Shown here: positions 41,901 through 54,050 of the stretch, in pieces | Numbering within the stretch: position 1 is the stretch's first letter | Layout: each line of letters opens with the position of its first letter | Source: Nageia nagi | Lineage: Eukaryota > Plantae > Pinophyta | DNA: 64,000 nt | Assembly (NCBI GenBank): GCA_050084985.1 | Contig: JBITNC010000001.1 | Coordinates: 155,992,001-156,056,000 of the forward strand | Reading direction: 5' to 3' | Translations under genes and position numbers: made by a program | The notes under the pieces: generated by a model | What the model was told of the DNA's origin: nothing | Databases searched by the model: none | Seen by the model: only the letters and a program-made list of their open reading frames with translations

Positions 41901-44900
41901 CACGCTTCCACTACCTTAAACCCTTCTCAGCCCAAATCCCTCATTTCCGTGGTAGGAAGGGATTGAATGCCAGTTCCACCAATCCCAAGAGTAACCGGAT
42001 TGGTTTTCAGGTAACTTTCGTACTTCCCCATGAAGGCTTCATTTTTCAGGACTGCTTGCTTCTAATCTGGTAGTAGTAACCCTTCTGCGTGCAATCCCAA
42101 AGTCGTAGTCTTATTTTAATTTGTAGATTCTACCATTGAGATTTGAGTGTCTTCAATGATTTATACCGATTGTATATCATGTACCTTATTGAATTCATTT
42201 CTTGTGCAAGCCTCTCTAAACATGGCCAGATGTGTACAGATTCCATATTCCTGATCCTCTAATACTGTACAAATAAAAAAAGTGGAGTCCTAACGTTCCA
42301 GGCCTCGTAGGCCAAACACTTACCTGTACCTGGAGTGCAGTCCACAAATATTTTATTCTTTCATTCCCTTCTCCAGCCCAAATCCGTCATTTGAATAGCA
42401 AGAGGGGATTGACTGCTAGTTTCATCCATACCAAGAGCAATTGGATCGGTTTTCAGGTGAGTTTCCTGCTTCCCCATCAAGTCTTCATTTTCAAGACTGC
42501 TTCCTTCTAACCTAGATCATCTTCTGCGTGCAATCTCAAAGTCGTAGACTTATTTAAATTTTCAGATTCTACCATTGAGATTTTAGTGTCTCCAATCATT
42601 TATACCGAGTGTAGATAATGTAACATATTGAATTCATTGCTGTGCAGTCCTCTCTAAACATCACCAGATGTTTACAGATTCCTGATTCTCTAATACTGTA
42701 CAAATCAAAAATATCGAGTCCTAACGTTCCAGTCATCGTACGCCAAACACTAAACTGTAAGTGGAGAACAGTCCTCAAAAATTTTATGCTTTCGCTCCCT
42801 TCTCCAGCCCAAATCTGTCATTTGAATGGCAAGAGGGGATTGAGTGCCAGTTTCACCCATCCCAAGAGCAATTGGATCGGTTTGCAGGTGGGTTTCCTGC
42901 TTCTCCATTAAGTCTTCAGTTTTAAAGATTCTTCTCTTCCAGTGAGATCCAAAGCAACACATCCTTCTTCTCTTCCAGTGAGGTCCAAAGCAATACCCTA
43001 CGCTCCCCCAGTGAGGTCCAAAGCAACACCCTACGTTCCCCCAGTGACGTCCAAAGCAACAACACATCCTTCTTCTCTTCGAGTGAGGTCCAAAGTAACA
43101 CTCTATGCTTCCTCAGGGAGGTCTAAAGCAACATTTCCTGGGGAGCCTTAGTTTTTGTATCCCTCCTTCCTTTTAGAATCACTATTCTCTTGTCTCTTGT
43201 ATGATTGTAGTCGTTTATTCTTTTATATTTTCTTGAGATTACCCACTAAAAATTTGCTAGCTTCATATACATGATTGTACTTACTAGTCCCATTGACGGA
43301 AGACATTAACATACTTTCTTTTCTTTCTTAATCTTATTTTAATTTGTAGATTCTACCATTGAGATTTTAGTGTCTTCAATGATTTATACCGACTGTAGAT
43401 CGTGTAACTTGTTGAATTCATTTGTTGTGCAGTCCTCTCTAAACATCACCAGATGTTTACAGATTCCTGATCCTCTAATACTGTCCACTTCAAAAATATG
43501 GAGCCCTAAAGTTCCAGGCGTCGTTCTCCAAACACTAACATGTAAGTGGAGTGCAGTACACAAATATTTTATGTTTTCGCTCCCTTCTCCAGCCCAAATC
43601 CGTCATTTCAAGGGCAAGAAGGGACCCAGTGCCAGTTTCACCCATCCCAAGAACAATTGGATCGGTTTGCAGGTGGGTTTCCTTCTTTCCCATTAAGTCT
43701 TCATTTTTCAAGACTGATTGCTTGCAACCTAGAACATCTTCTGCGTGCAATCACAAAGTCGTAATCTTATATTAGTTTTAAGATTCTACCATTGAGATTT
43801 TAGTGTCTTCAATGATTTATACCGAGTGTAGATGGTGTAACTTATTGAATTCATCTGCTGTGCAGTCCTCTCTAAACATCACCAGATGTGTACAGATTCC
43901 CGATCCTTTAATACTGTACACTTCAAAAATGTGGAGTCCTAACGTTCCCGGCCTCGTACGCCAAACACTAACCTGTAAGTTGAGTGGAGTCCACAAATAT
44001 TTTATGCTTTCACTTCCTTCTCAAGCCCAGATCCGTCATTTCAATGGTAAGAGGGGATTCAGTGCCAGTTCTACCCATCCCCAGAGCAATTGGATCGGTT
44101 TTCAGGTGAGTTTCCTGCTTCCCCATTAAGCCCTCGTTTTTCAAGACTGCTTGCTTCTAACCTAGATCACCTTCTCCGTGCAATGCCGAAGTCGTAGTCG
44201 TATTTTAATTTTAATATTCTACCATTGAGATTTTAGTGTCTTGGAATGATTTATACTGAGTGTGGATCTTGTAACCCATTGAATTGATTTCCTGTGCAGG
44301 CCTCTCTCAACATCACCAGATGTTTACAAATTCCTGATTCTCTAATACTCTACAAAGCAGAAATGCGGAGTTCTAACGTTCAAGGCCTCCTACGCCAAAC
44401 AGTCACGTGTAAGTGGAGTGGAGTCCTGAAATATTTTATGTTTTCATTCTCTTCTCGATCCCAAATCCCTCATTTGCATGGTAAGAGGGAATTGAGTGCC
44501 AGTTCCACCAATCGCAAGAGCAATTGGATATGTTATCAGGTTAGTTTCCTGCTTCCCCGTTAAGTCTTCATTTTTCAAGATTGCTTCCTTCTAACCTAGA
44601 TCACCTTTTGCGCGCAATACCAAAGTCGTAGTTTTTTTTTTCTCTACCATTGAGATTTTAGTGTCTTGAATGATTTATACCGAGTTTAGATCGTGTAACT
44701 CATTGAGTTCATTTGATGTGAAGGCCTCTCTAAACATTCTGAGATGTTTACAAATTCCTGATCCACTAGTATTGCACAAAACAAAAATGTGCAGTCCTAA
44801 CGTTCCAGGCGTCGTACGCCAGACACTCACCTGTAATTGGATTGGAGTCCACAAATATTTTTTGCTTTCACTTCCTTCTCCAGCCCAAATCCCTCATTTG

Positions 44901-45140
44901 CATGGTAAGAAGGAATTCAGTTCCAGTTCCGTCCATCCCAAGGGCAATTGGATTGGTTTTCAGGTGATTTTCCTGTTTCCCCATTAAATCTTCATTTTTT
45001 ACTACTGCTTTTAGGACTGCTTGCTTTTAACCTAGATCTCCGTCTGCGTGCAATCTCAAATTCCTAGTTTTATTTTAATTTTTACTTTTCTACCATTATG
45101 ATTTTAGTGTCTTGAATGTTTTATGCGGAGTGTAGATAGT
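41901..45140 (+). repeat. Tandem array B: seven units, first one truncated
   Basis: Putative exons ~41901-42010 (partial), 42210-42456 (disrupted), and 42648-42887, 43433-43672, 43866-44105, 44300-44539, 44724-44963 (all exactly 240 nt, open, AG/GT flanked). Confidence 0.95.
42930..43330 (+). repeat. Minisatellite insertion in intron 3 of array B (6 cores)
   Basis: Same insertion as 27490-27860 with one extra unit. Confidence 0.9.
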
Positions 45141-45260
45141 GTATAGATATTGGTAAAAGTAATAAAACATACTTTAGTGGCATTTAGTCTGTATTTTTCA
45201 TTATTATTATTATGGGTAGCGCTTGGGCGAGAAAGAGCTTTGAGAATGCATGGATTTCAG

Positions 45261-45320
45261 GTTAAGTGGAAGAGTTTTCGTTGAGGAATACATCCTGGAG
45301 ATTCCACTTGGATCACCATG
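45261..45320 (+). pseudogene. Putative 60-nt microexon, copy B
   Basis: tttcAG|GTT AAG TGG AAG AGT TTT CGT TGA GGA...ATG|GTact = VKWKSFR*GIHPGDSTWITM. Confidence 0.5.
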
Positions 45321-45640
45321 GTACTTTGGGTGCTACTGATTTGTCTGTTGTTGTTTAATGTGTATTAAAAAATGTACGTAGAAACCTTTTTGTTTGTTCT
45401 TGAGTGGCATTCTTGTCTAAACGAGTACCAGTACGGTTTGTAAAAGACTTCATGAGATTGTATACGTTGATAATACATTTTACTTCTTTTCTGCCTTGAA
45501 AATCTTTACATTCTATGGTGCTAGTTTTCATCTAGAACTGAGATTGAAACAAGGCGGGTTGGACAAAATAAGCGTGGTTTAGCTATGAACTGCTATGTTA
45601 ATTATAGTTTAAAATGTTCTTCAACTGTTGTAACTTGTAG

Positions 45641-45846
45641 ATCAAATATCGCGAAAGAACTTTAGCAGATCAAACTTCCTCGGAAATTTCTCAGAACTAT
45701 ATGGATCGGATACTTTTGAGGGAGTTTAGTCTGCAGTTCCGACTTCGTAGACAAAGGAAGGCGCAGAACACTCTGAACTTCTGTTGTGGGCAGCTCTCCG
45801 AGGCTATGGAATTGGATAGGAAGGAATTGAGTTCTTCAATGCATTG
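45641..45846 (+). CDS. 206-nt linker exon, copy B
   Basis: Same splice sites as copy A; frame open; 5 substitutions versus A. Confidence 0.7.
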
Positions 45847-46020
45847 GTAATATGGACTCAATTTCAATTTTAGTATGGTTTACTTCGCCAATCCATGTGA
45901 TGGTGAAATGCTAATATCAATCAAGATAAAATGCCGATCATCTTTATGTAGTTGATGAGTTTTCTTTGTTGAAGATCTTACTTGTATTGAAACTGAAACG
46001 AATACATTTTTTTTTTGCAG

Positions 46021-46630
46021 CGGGGATAAAGATGTGTTTCTCTGTCACAGTGGTAAACAGAAGAATTTCGTTTGACAGCTTCATCGAGACCTGATGAGAG
46101 CTCATGTTTCATGCTTCTTTGACGAAGATAACAGAAGCTTACCACTAGCCGAAAAGTTTCCTCCTCTCATATTTAAAGCTGCCGAAAGATGCAAAATAGC
46201 AGTTGTGATTCTTTCCAAGGATTTTATTGTTTCAAAGTGGCCAATGCTCGAACTCTCAGCCTTCATTAGCGCCATTAGTTCAGGTACAAATGCCAAGCTC
46301 AAACTACTGCCCATATTTTTCATGATGAGCCCAAAGGAACTTCGCATCACGAAAGACAGTCCTGAATGGCAAAAGTTGGATGTAAGCAATGACACAAGAG
46401 CTAAATTTGAAGATGCTCTAAAAGAAGTTCGCCCAATTAAGGGATTCCACGTTCGTGAAGGTGAAAATGAAGTGGAGTTGAGAGACAATGTTGTGAAAGA
46501 AATCTGTTGCCTCCTTAAGGGAATCGATCCGGAGTACGCCATTAGAGAAGCCCCTCAAAGCTATATTCAATTAAAAGTGAAGTTCTTGAAACTTTCTATC
46601 ATGTTCAGGTTTTACTGGAAGTCCCATTAG
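46021..46630 (+). pseudogene. TIR-domain exon, copy B, premature stop
   Basis: Nearly identical to 30437-31046 but CGA>TGA at 46073-46075. Confidence 0.9.
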
Positions 46631-46898
46631 CTGGCATCAAAGCTATATTTGCTTCAACTTCAACTTCTTATGGCCTAAGGAAATGATTGGCATGCAGTGG
46701 CTATGTTATTCTAATTTTTACATACTTGTTATTAGCATTATTGGATAGTCCTGGGAAATAGCACAGTTATTTATATTATATGTTTTATTCTATTTTAATA
46801 TTTTTAATATTGGTAAATTCTTTTTTAAATTTAGGAGAAGGATATTTAAACTTGAAATATATTTTATCAGTTTTTTAATGGAATATTTTCATCTTTAC

Positions 46899-47780
46899 CA
46901 GAGCTGGGCAATGCCTTGGTTTGAAATAGTGAGACTTCACCATGATATCCTTTAAATGCAACATTCTCACTATTCTGGGGATTATACCGTCGTTCGTAGC
47001 TATACACACAACTAATTTGGCTTACGGCGCCTTCATGGCAAGTATCAACGTAGCAACTTTCTTCTTCACTTCTTCGTTGTCAAAACACAATGTTACATGG
47101 AGTAGCTTAATCACCACCTTTCCAAACACCATGTTTTCTCTGAATGGGTAGCTGTTTTTGGCCAATAAATGCATGAGATTGAGAACCATTGATCGAACAC
47201 TCGTGTTAAGGATTTGCAACAAGTTTTTGAGTAATTCCCCACCGCACCCATTTTCAACCGCAATGTTAGCGGCCCTATCTTCGAAACCTTGGGATAGGAT
47301 TTTTATGGTTTTCACCACAATGCAAAATAGTGCATTGAGCTCTTTATTGGAGCGTCGTGTTCTTATTGGGAGTGCGAATAGAGCAGGTAGGGCTCCATGG
47401 TCTATGATGAGAAATTTGTCGCAATGGAACCCAACAGGCTCGCGACACTCTCTTCTATAAAATTCTCATATGGTTTAGGGGGCTTAGTTGCTTCGATTTG
47501 GAGAAGCTTTCACTAAATGAGGGACAATGTTCTCTTCTTCCACCATGATTACAGAAGTGTTTCCTGAGTGTTAGTTTCTATGCTTGTGGCTTGAATGATT
47601 CTTCGTGGTTATCCTCCTTTTTTATTTTGGCATGCGTGGTATGGTTATTCTGCTCGTCATGGCCATTATTCTGCACAAACTTCACCACGTCACTCAGCAG
47701 CGAAACCGCAGCAAGCGCGCCACCACTTGTGGAGGAGATGGCTTTGTCAAAAAGACGGCATAGAAACGTCGAGGGCCACT
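46899..47780 (-). pseudogene. Armadillo-repeat pseudogene, ARIA/ABAP1-like
   Basis: Frameshifted minus-strand peptides IVPHLV/KLLQ...KPYENFIEESVASLLGSIA, LIIDHGALPALFAL and GIIPRIVRMLH resemble ARIA KPYEHEVEKGSAFALGLLA...LIVDKGALPHLVNL (recalled, not searched). Confidence 0.7.
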
Positions 47781-49384
47781 AAAATGACCTTATAAAACTA
47801 AAGGGTTATTTTTTAAATAAAAAATTTGTCATCGTCATATTAGAAAATAAGATATTTGTTGAGGTTATTTTAGTAATTTTTTATAAATTTAAATCAAACT
47901 TCTAAAATCATACAAAAGCATTAAATTTCATGATTGATAATATAAATATATGATTATTGGTATTATATTATTAATATCATCAAATAATTCTATCAAGGTT
48001 AAAAAAATTATATTGTAGCATAAAAATATCACACATTCAATCTTAAATTTAATTATAATTATATTGGATTGAGGGTTCAACATGCATTATTAAGATAGTA
48101 GATACTCTATATTGACATCTATATCCCATAATATCAATGGATTTTTTCCAAAATAATTTGCAAGAACCTTCACCTTTTTTACACATTAAGGGTAATATAT
48201 AAATGCAATTTTTAAGAAACTTTATTGAATTTTTATATTAACTTTCATTTACCATCATTATCTACCTTTTTCATCATTAGCTACATGATATTTTTATAAG
48301 GTATTAGTTGCACAATTTCACAAGGTTTTGATTTATTTTAAAAGGTATAATTTGATTTTATGATTTTCTTATAAGTAAAATAGAACAAAGAATGAAGCAT
48401 TATTACAATAAATTAAATATAAAATTGTTAATAAATTCATACAACTTACATTCTAAAATATGGAAAGATTATAGTTATCATCATTTTTATATCTATAAAA
48501 AAAATGAAAAAATAATTTATATATGCACAAATTAAAATAATGCACAATTCATTATATTCATAACTACAATGAAATATTTGATAATAATTCATGCTAATTA
48601 GATTTATCTTTATTCCACATTTAAAGATAACTTACATTAAAATTGGTAAATCCAAAAATATATTTTAATTTATCAAATAAATGAATAAATTCTAGTACAA
48701 TTTTATTTTATATTGACAAACTATCTTATTTATAAATAACTATAGAAAATACAATAAATTATTTAAACCAACCATAAAATTTGATGTTATTTTAGATTTT
48801 TTTTTTATAAATACTAAGATGTCAAATTATATGGAATAATGCCCATACCCTAGCAGTGTGCATACATGTGCTGATAATTCCTATTTAAATTTTCCTTTCC
48901 CTCCTTAGCTCCAAGGACCAAAGGTCTCATTCTTAATTCAAGCTTAACTAATACTAGGACTATATGAGGTTGCCTTCACATGAAGTTGTAAGGAGCTTGG
49001 AATCCATGGACTATTTCAATCTACTAAAGAAGCAGTTCCTTTGTTTTCCTCATAATTAAAGTAAAAGTAAAGAAATCTCTTTTATATCATCCACTTCATA
49101 ATGTTAATAGATAAAATTTATTTCTATAATATAGAAACAATTTAGATAGAAGATACCAATGTGTATTAAGTGTTAGGCTAAATTTGATATACTGTAGTTT
49201 ATTAGAATTTTTAGAAATTAAACTAATACCAAATGTTTTAATTATCATCTTTTTATTTTTATATTTATTTTTATTATTATTTTGTGTCAAATCTTCAACA
49301 AAGATTCCTCAAATCTTCTTAATACCATTATTGGTGTGATGTCTCTCATGATCCTCAAAAAAAGCAAGTCATAGAATACGTTGG

Positions 49385-52300
49385 CCGCTGTCGCACGTCC
49401 ACTAGATCGAGATTCACTCTTCGGAATATTAATCAGGCCTTTGATCGTCGTTTATGTGTTTCCTTTTGTCGTTACTACACCAATTCGGTTGAGGTCGATC
49501 TAGGAGGGTAATTCTGTGTCACGAGTTTGAACCAAATTAAGTGAAGCTGTGAAGACTATCACAACGACTGTACCATGACATCCGGCTACATTGTTTTGAT
49601 CGCTGAGATAATTGGTTAACTTTTACATCAAGAAAAATATTTTATAACATACTATCATGTCAGCTTCATAACATGCCAACAATACATTAAATTTAATTGA
49701 GGGAGATATTGGGTCACTTGCAAACGTTTCATAAAACTAGTCTTTCTTGCACAGATTAAAAAGTTTAGTATCTTTATTTCTTAATTTGATTTTATATTTT
49801 TTTGTTTTGAATTATTGTATATAATAACATATCATTTTATATTATTTATTTTATTGGTATATATTAATTTTGTTGAGATTTGTGATTTGTTTATTTTCAT
49901 TGACTACATTAATTAATGTTTTAACGTATTATTATTTTAAAATCTATTGACTTCAATATAATTTATTTAACATGTTAAAAGTGTTAGTAATTTTTATCCC
50001 TTCATTTAAATATTTAGTTCTTGTAATATATAATATTTTATTGATTAAATAATTTAAATTTTAATAATATGTTAATTTCATTCAAAATGTTTAATGAATT
50101 AATGATTTTCAAAATTAATTATTTTATTAATATTTAAAATAAAATGATTAACATTCCAATTTGATATTTATTTTTGAAATAAATAGTAAAGAAAAGAATT
50201 TAAAATAGTCTAATAAAATAGATAAATTATTTAATATTGATTTTAATGCTTTATATAAATTTTTATATTTCTATAATTTCTAAAGTAAGGTTGTCTATAG
50301 ATTTTCAAGTTTTGCTTTATTCTTAGAGTTTAAAATTTAGCCTTATTATTAACTTGAAATAAATGGTATTTTATATAATTTTTACAGCTTAAAAATAGTA
50401 TTTTTATTAAAAATATTACTCAATTTATAGGTAATTGTTTTTTATAAATCATTGATGATAAATGGTTAAAATTATAAATTAAACTATAACAAGAAACGAG
50501 AGTTAATAGCAGCTCTAGTATATTAAAGTAATAAAAATAATAAAATATGAATTGATTATAATGATATAAATCATATACAATTTGATGCAAATCCTCTAAA
50601 TACCTAATTTTTTTTATTAAACAAATTATCTATTTATATTATCATCCTTAATTCCTATTATTTTTTACATTTCAAGAAATAAGGCTAGATAAGTTGCTCT
50701 TAATTTGTCCTATATTAATAGCTTAAAACTTTCACTATATTTATTTAATAATTTTATTCATAAAAAAAGAATAATTTTTATAATGGAGATGAGAATTGAA
50801 AACTCAATATTTTCAATAATTTTACATAATGTGTGTATACACTTCAATTATCCTTCTTTCAAAAGAAAAAGTTTAAAGTATTAACAAATCATTCTTTTAG
50901 TTTTATGTTTAATGGAATACTAAAATTTATATTGACAGACAATGATTCTCACGAAATTCAGGCGTCTGCACGCGCGTACCAACTAAGATGACATCACGAA
51001 GATGTACAGCTGCTGTTTCGGAGAAAACTATTTGAATAAAGGCCGCACTGGAGACTTTACATTCGATCGACCGTAGGAATTTGTATAATGCTATTAATTA
51101 ATATTATGCTCCCTTTGTCCACACTCTCAGAGTCCCGATACCGTAGCTATGTGTCAAACACAATTCGGTAGGCGCTGAGTTAACCGTCTTTTTGAATCGA
51201 GTTCGAATCTGGAGGGAGCAGAGGGTGAGATTTCTCTTGGTTGTCAACGATGGTGTTAGGAAATGCCGAAATTTCAGAGTTGGAGGAAGAGTTTCCGTGA
51301 AGGAACCTCTTCACGAGAACCGACTTGGATAACCATGATACATCGCAGGCCCTACCATTTTGTTTTCTTCTGGAGGGGCATTAATAAAGGAGTCTGCTTC
51401 CCAATGCAATAATAATTTATGGGTCTAAAACCTTTTTCAAGTCATCAGATGGAAACAGATATTTTCATAACATTCCCACTCATCGAATGATCGAGGCCTT
51501 CGTGAAGTCATGCCCGACAACATCAACAACTCTAGACATTAAATATTCTGTAATAACGTACTTTAGTTATCTGTTCATAAATCAATTGACTTCAATATAA
51601 TTTACTTTTACCTTTTTACTGCTGTAATGATTTTATCCCTTCATTTAATATTTTTATTTCTTATATATATATATATATATTTGAATATAGATATAAATTA
51701 AAATTCTATAATAATATGTAACATTTCAATTCAAAATGCTTAAAAGGAGATTAATTTTTTTCACATATAAACATATTTTATAATCATCCCAATAAAATCA
51801 ACAAAGGATTAAGCATGCCACATTTGATTTTATTGTTGTTATAGTCAAATTAGTACTTATAGAAAAGGATTTAATAGTCTTAATCAAAATAGGATAAGTT
51901 AGTCAATTAATATTTGGGATTTTAATGCATTATAGAGGTATCAAAGATTTTTATATTTCTATAGATTTTCTAAAAGTGAAGGTGTCCTAGAGAGTTTTCA
52001 AGTGTTTTAGCTTTATTCTTAGAGTTTAAAAATATAGCCTTACTAATTAAGGCACCTTGAAATAAAGGTTTAATCTAAGTTAATGGTTAAGAAATAGTAG
52101 TTTTTTTAAAAGATATCTTTTACTCAACTTTATATGAATTTGATTTTTTATTAATATCCATTGATGATCAAAAGAGGTAAACAAAACTATAAAGTAAGAC
52201 ATATACAAGGCAACGAGAGTGCCTAATGCAGCTCTAGAGAAAATAAAGTAAGAAAAATAATAAACAATATGACATATGATATACAAGATCTATAAATCAT

Positions 52301-52485
52301 ATACAAGATCTATTGCAAAAATCCTCTAAAAACTCAACCTAACTTCTTTTTATTAAACAAATTCATTAATGTATCATTATTCATCCTGAAATAACTCCTA
52401 TTTATTTTTTTACAATTTCAAGAAATAAGGGGCCCTAGATTAAGTTGCCTCTTAATCTTGCTCCCTATAATTCATGCTTTTAAAC
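49385..52485 (+). repeat. Direct repeat: ~49385-50735 is a deletion-riddled copy of ~50965-52485
   Basis: Shared colinear anchors caattcggt, attgacttcaatataattta, gctttattcttagagtttaaaat, atttcaagaaataagg. Confidence 0.85.
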
Positions 52486-53479
52486 TCCTATCTAAGGAGA
52501 TAAATTACTCTTCATCCTATTAGGAGTCAATTCCTCTTTGGATATACAACCTCTATATAAGGTAAGCAATATAAGGTCAAAACTTTGTATGTATTTGTAT
52601 ATTTAATTAATCCATTAACAACAAATATCTACATATATGCCAAGAGTAGAAATTACAAACCTAATTTTGGAAGTACTCCAATCCTTAGTGTCTTCTAAGT
52701 ATGATAGTATAACAAGATGTCATACTTGAATGCTTGAAGCTATTCATGTGCTTACCTCTTTTTATTCTTATTTTACAAAAATATTTCTATTCTCTTAACT
52801 ATTAAAGCAAAAACACAAGCATCATGTAAACTAATATATTAATGCACATAATTATCAATTATATGAAAAACTCAACTTTTTATATAAAACACCTCTTGAT
52901 TAGGAAAAACCATAATCAAATTATCCATACCTTTATTACTACCCAAATATCATTGCATCATGTGCATGCTTCATTTATGAACAAAAAGTTATAATATTAA
53001 ACTTATGTTACATTTTCATTTAATAATACAATATAAATCATAATGTTCTAATGTATCAAGCTTTCCAAGGCCTTTCCACATAATAAATTTAATTATGTAG
53101 ATCCTCAAGCTTCATTCTCCAAGTAGGGATGTTTATCAATTTATTCATTTCCATTACATACCATGATCCAAAATGCTTAATTTTACATAAACATACATAA
53201 AATCAAAATATATAATGCAACTAAGTATGCTACATTAGTTTCTAAAATTAACTCAAACTATATCCCTTCCTCCATATACGAGAATATATTGGTAATCTCT
53301 ACCAAGCATTTCTCATAATTAAGATCTAAGAAATATTCATTATTTACATTGTAAATATTTTGCTTACCATAAATTTTCATTCAATTTTCATTTTTCATAA
53401 TGAGCTCATGCACTCCTATAAGCTTTATTGTTATTTAGGTCTCTAGATTCTCCTATCAAGATCTTCTATGGTAGCCCTA

Positions 53480-54050
53480 GTCGAAAAAATATGACCTTAT
53501 GGTTGACCATATTACAAGTTTAATATAAGTGTTGATTATTCTCATAGCACAACTACTGCACCTATTCACCAAATTCATATTCCAAGGTAATAGTCTTTAG
53601 GACTTGCACACCAAAATCAACTGTCACACATATGTAAGTTTCCATCAAATGAGTTCGAGCTTAGTTACTATCATCTGCTATAACAAATACCCCAAAAGCA
53701 TTTGTAATCCCTTCAAATATATTCTGGTGCAAGAATTCTAAAGGAATCTTGGGAAGAATTACCCATATAGGCATAGCCATCATTTGGGCTTTATTTGGAT
53801 AAAAACTAGGATATCATTTTTCCAAAATCAAACCTCTTCTATTGAAGAACTAGGGAGTGCTTAAAATTTGATCATGATCTTTATAATTTTTGAACATAAA
53901 TATAATATAAACATTTGAAAATACAATGATGTACAAACTTCCTCTAACCTTATAGTGCTAATTTTCCCATCTTATGATGAGATCGATATTAGGTCTAACA
54001 ACATGCAATTTTTCAACCAGACTATTGCACCCTCTCCCTTGCTTGATCAA
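53480..54050 (-). mobile_element. LINE (L1) ORF1 remnant: DUF4283-like region plus degenerate zinc knuckle
   Basis: WVILPKIPLEF...ITNAFG...ICVTVDFG...LCYENN...TCNMVNH on the minus strand. Confidence 0.8.

Noticed and set aside
43543-43592. Internal GTAAGT...ttctccAG pseudo-intron within each unit
   Set aside because: Only ~50 nt, short for a plant intron; the resulting frames contain stops in several units
43350-43672. Longer 323-nt exon using the upstream tttgtAG acceptor (phase 1-0, which would force mutual exclusivity)
   Set aside because: The extra 83 nt has stops, frameshifts or a lost AG in units 2, 3, 6 and 7 while the 240-nt part stays open; less supported, though not excluded
46942-47795. 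Plus-strand ORFs of 63-100 aa
   Set aside because: Antisense shadows of the ARM pseudogene
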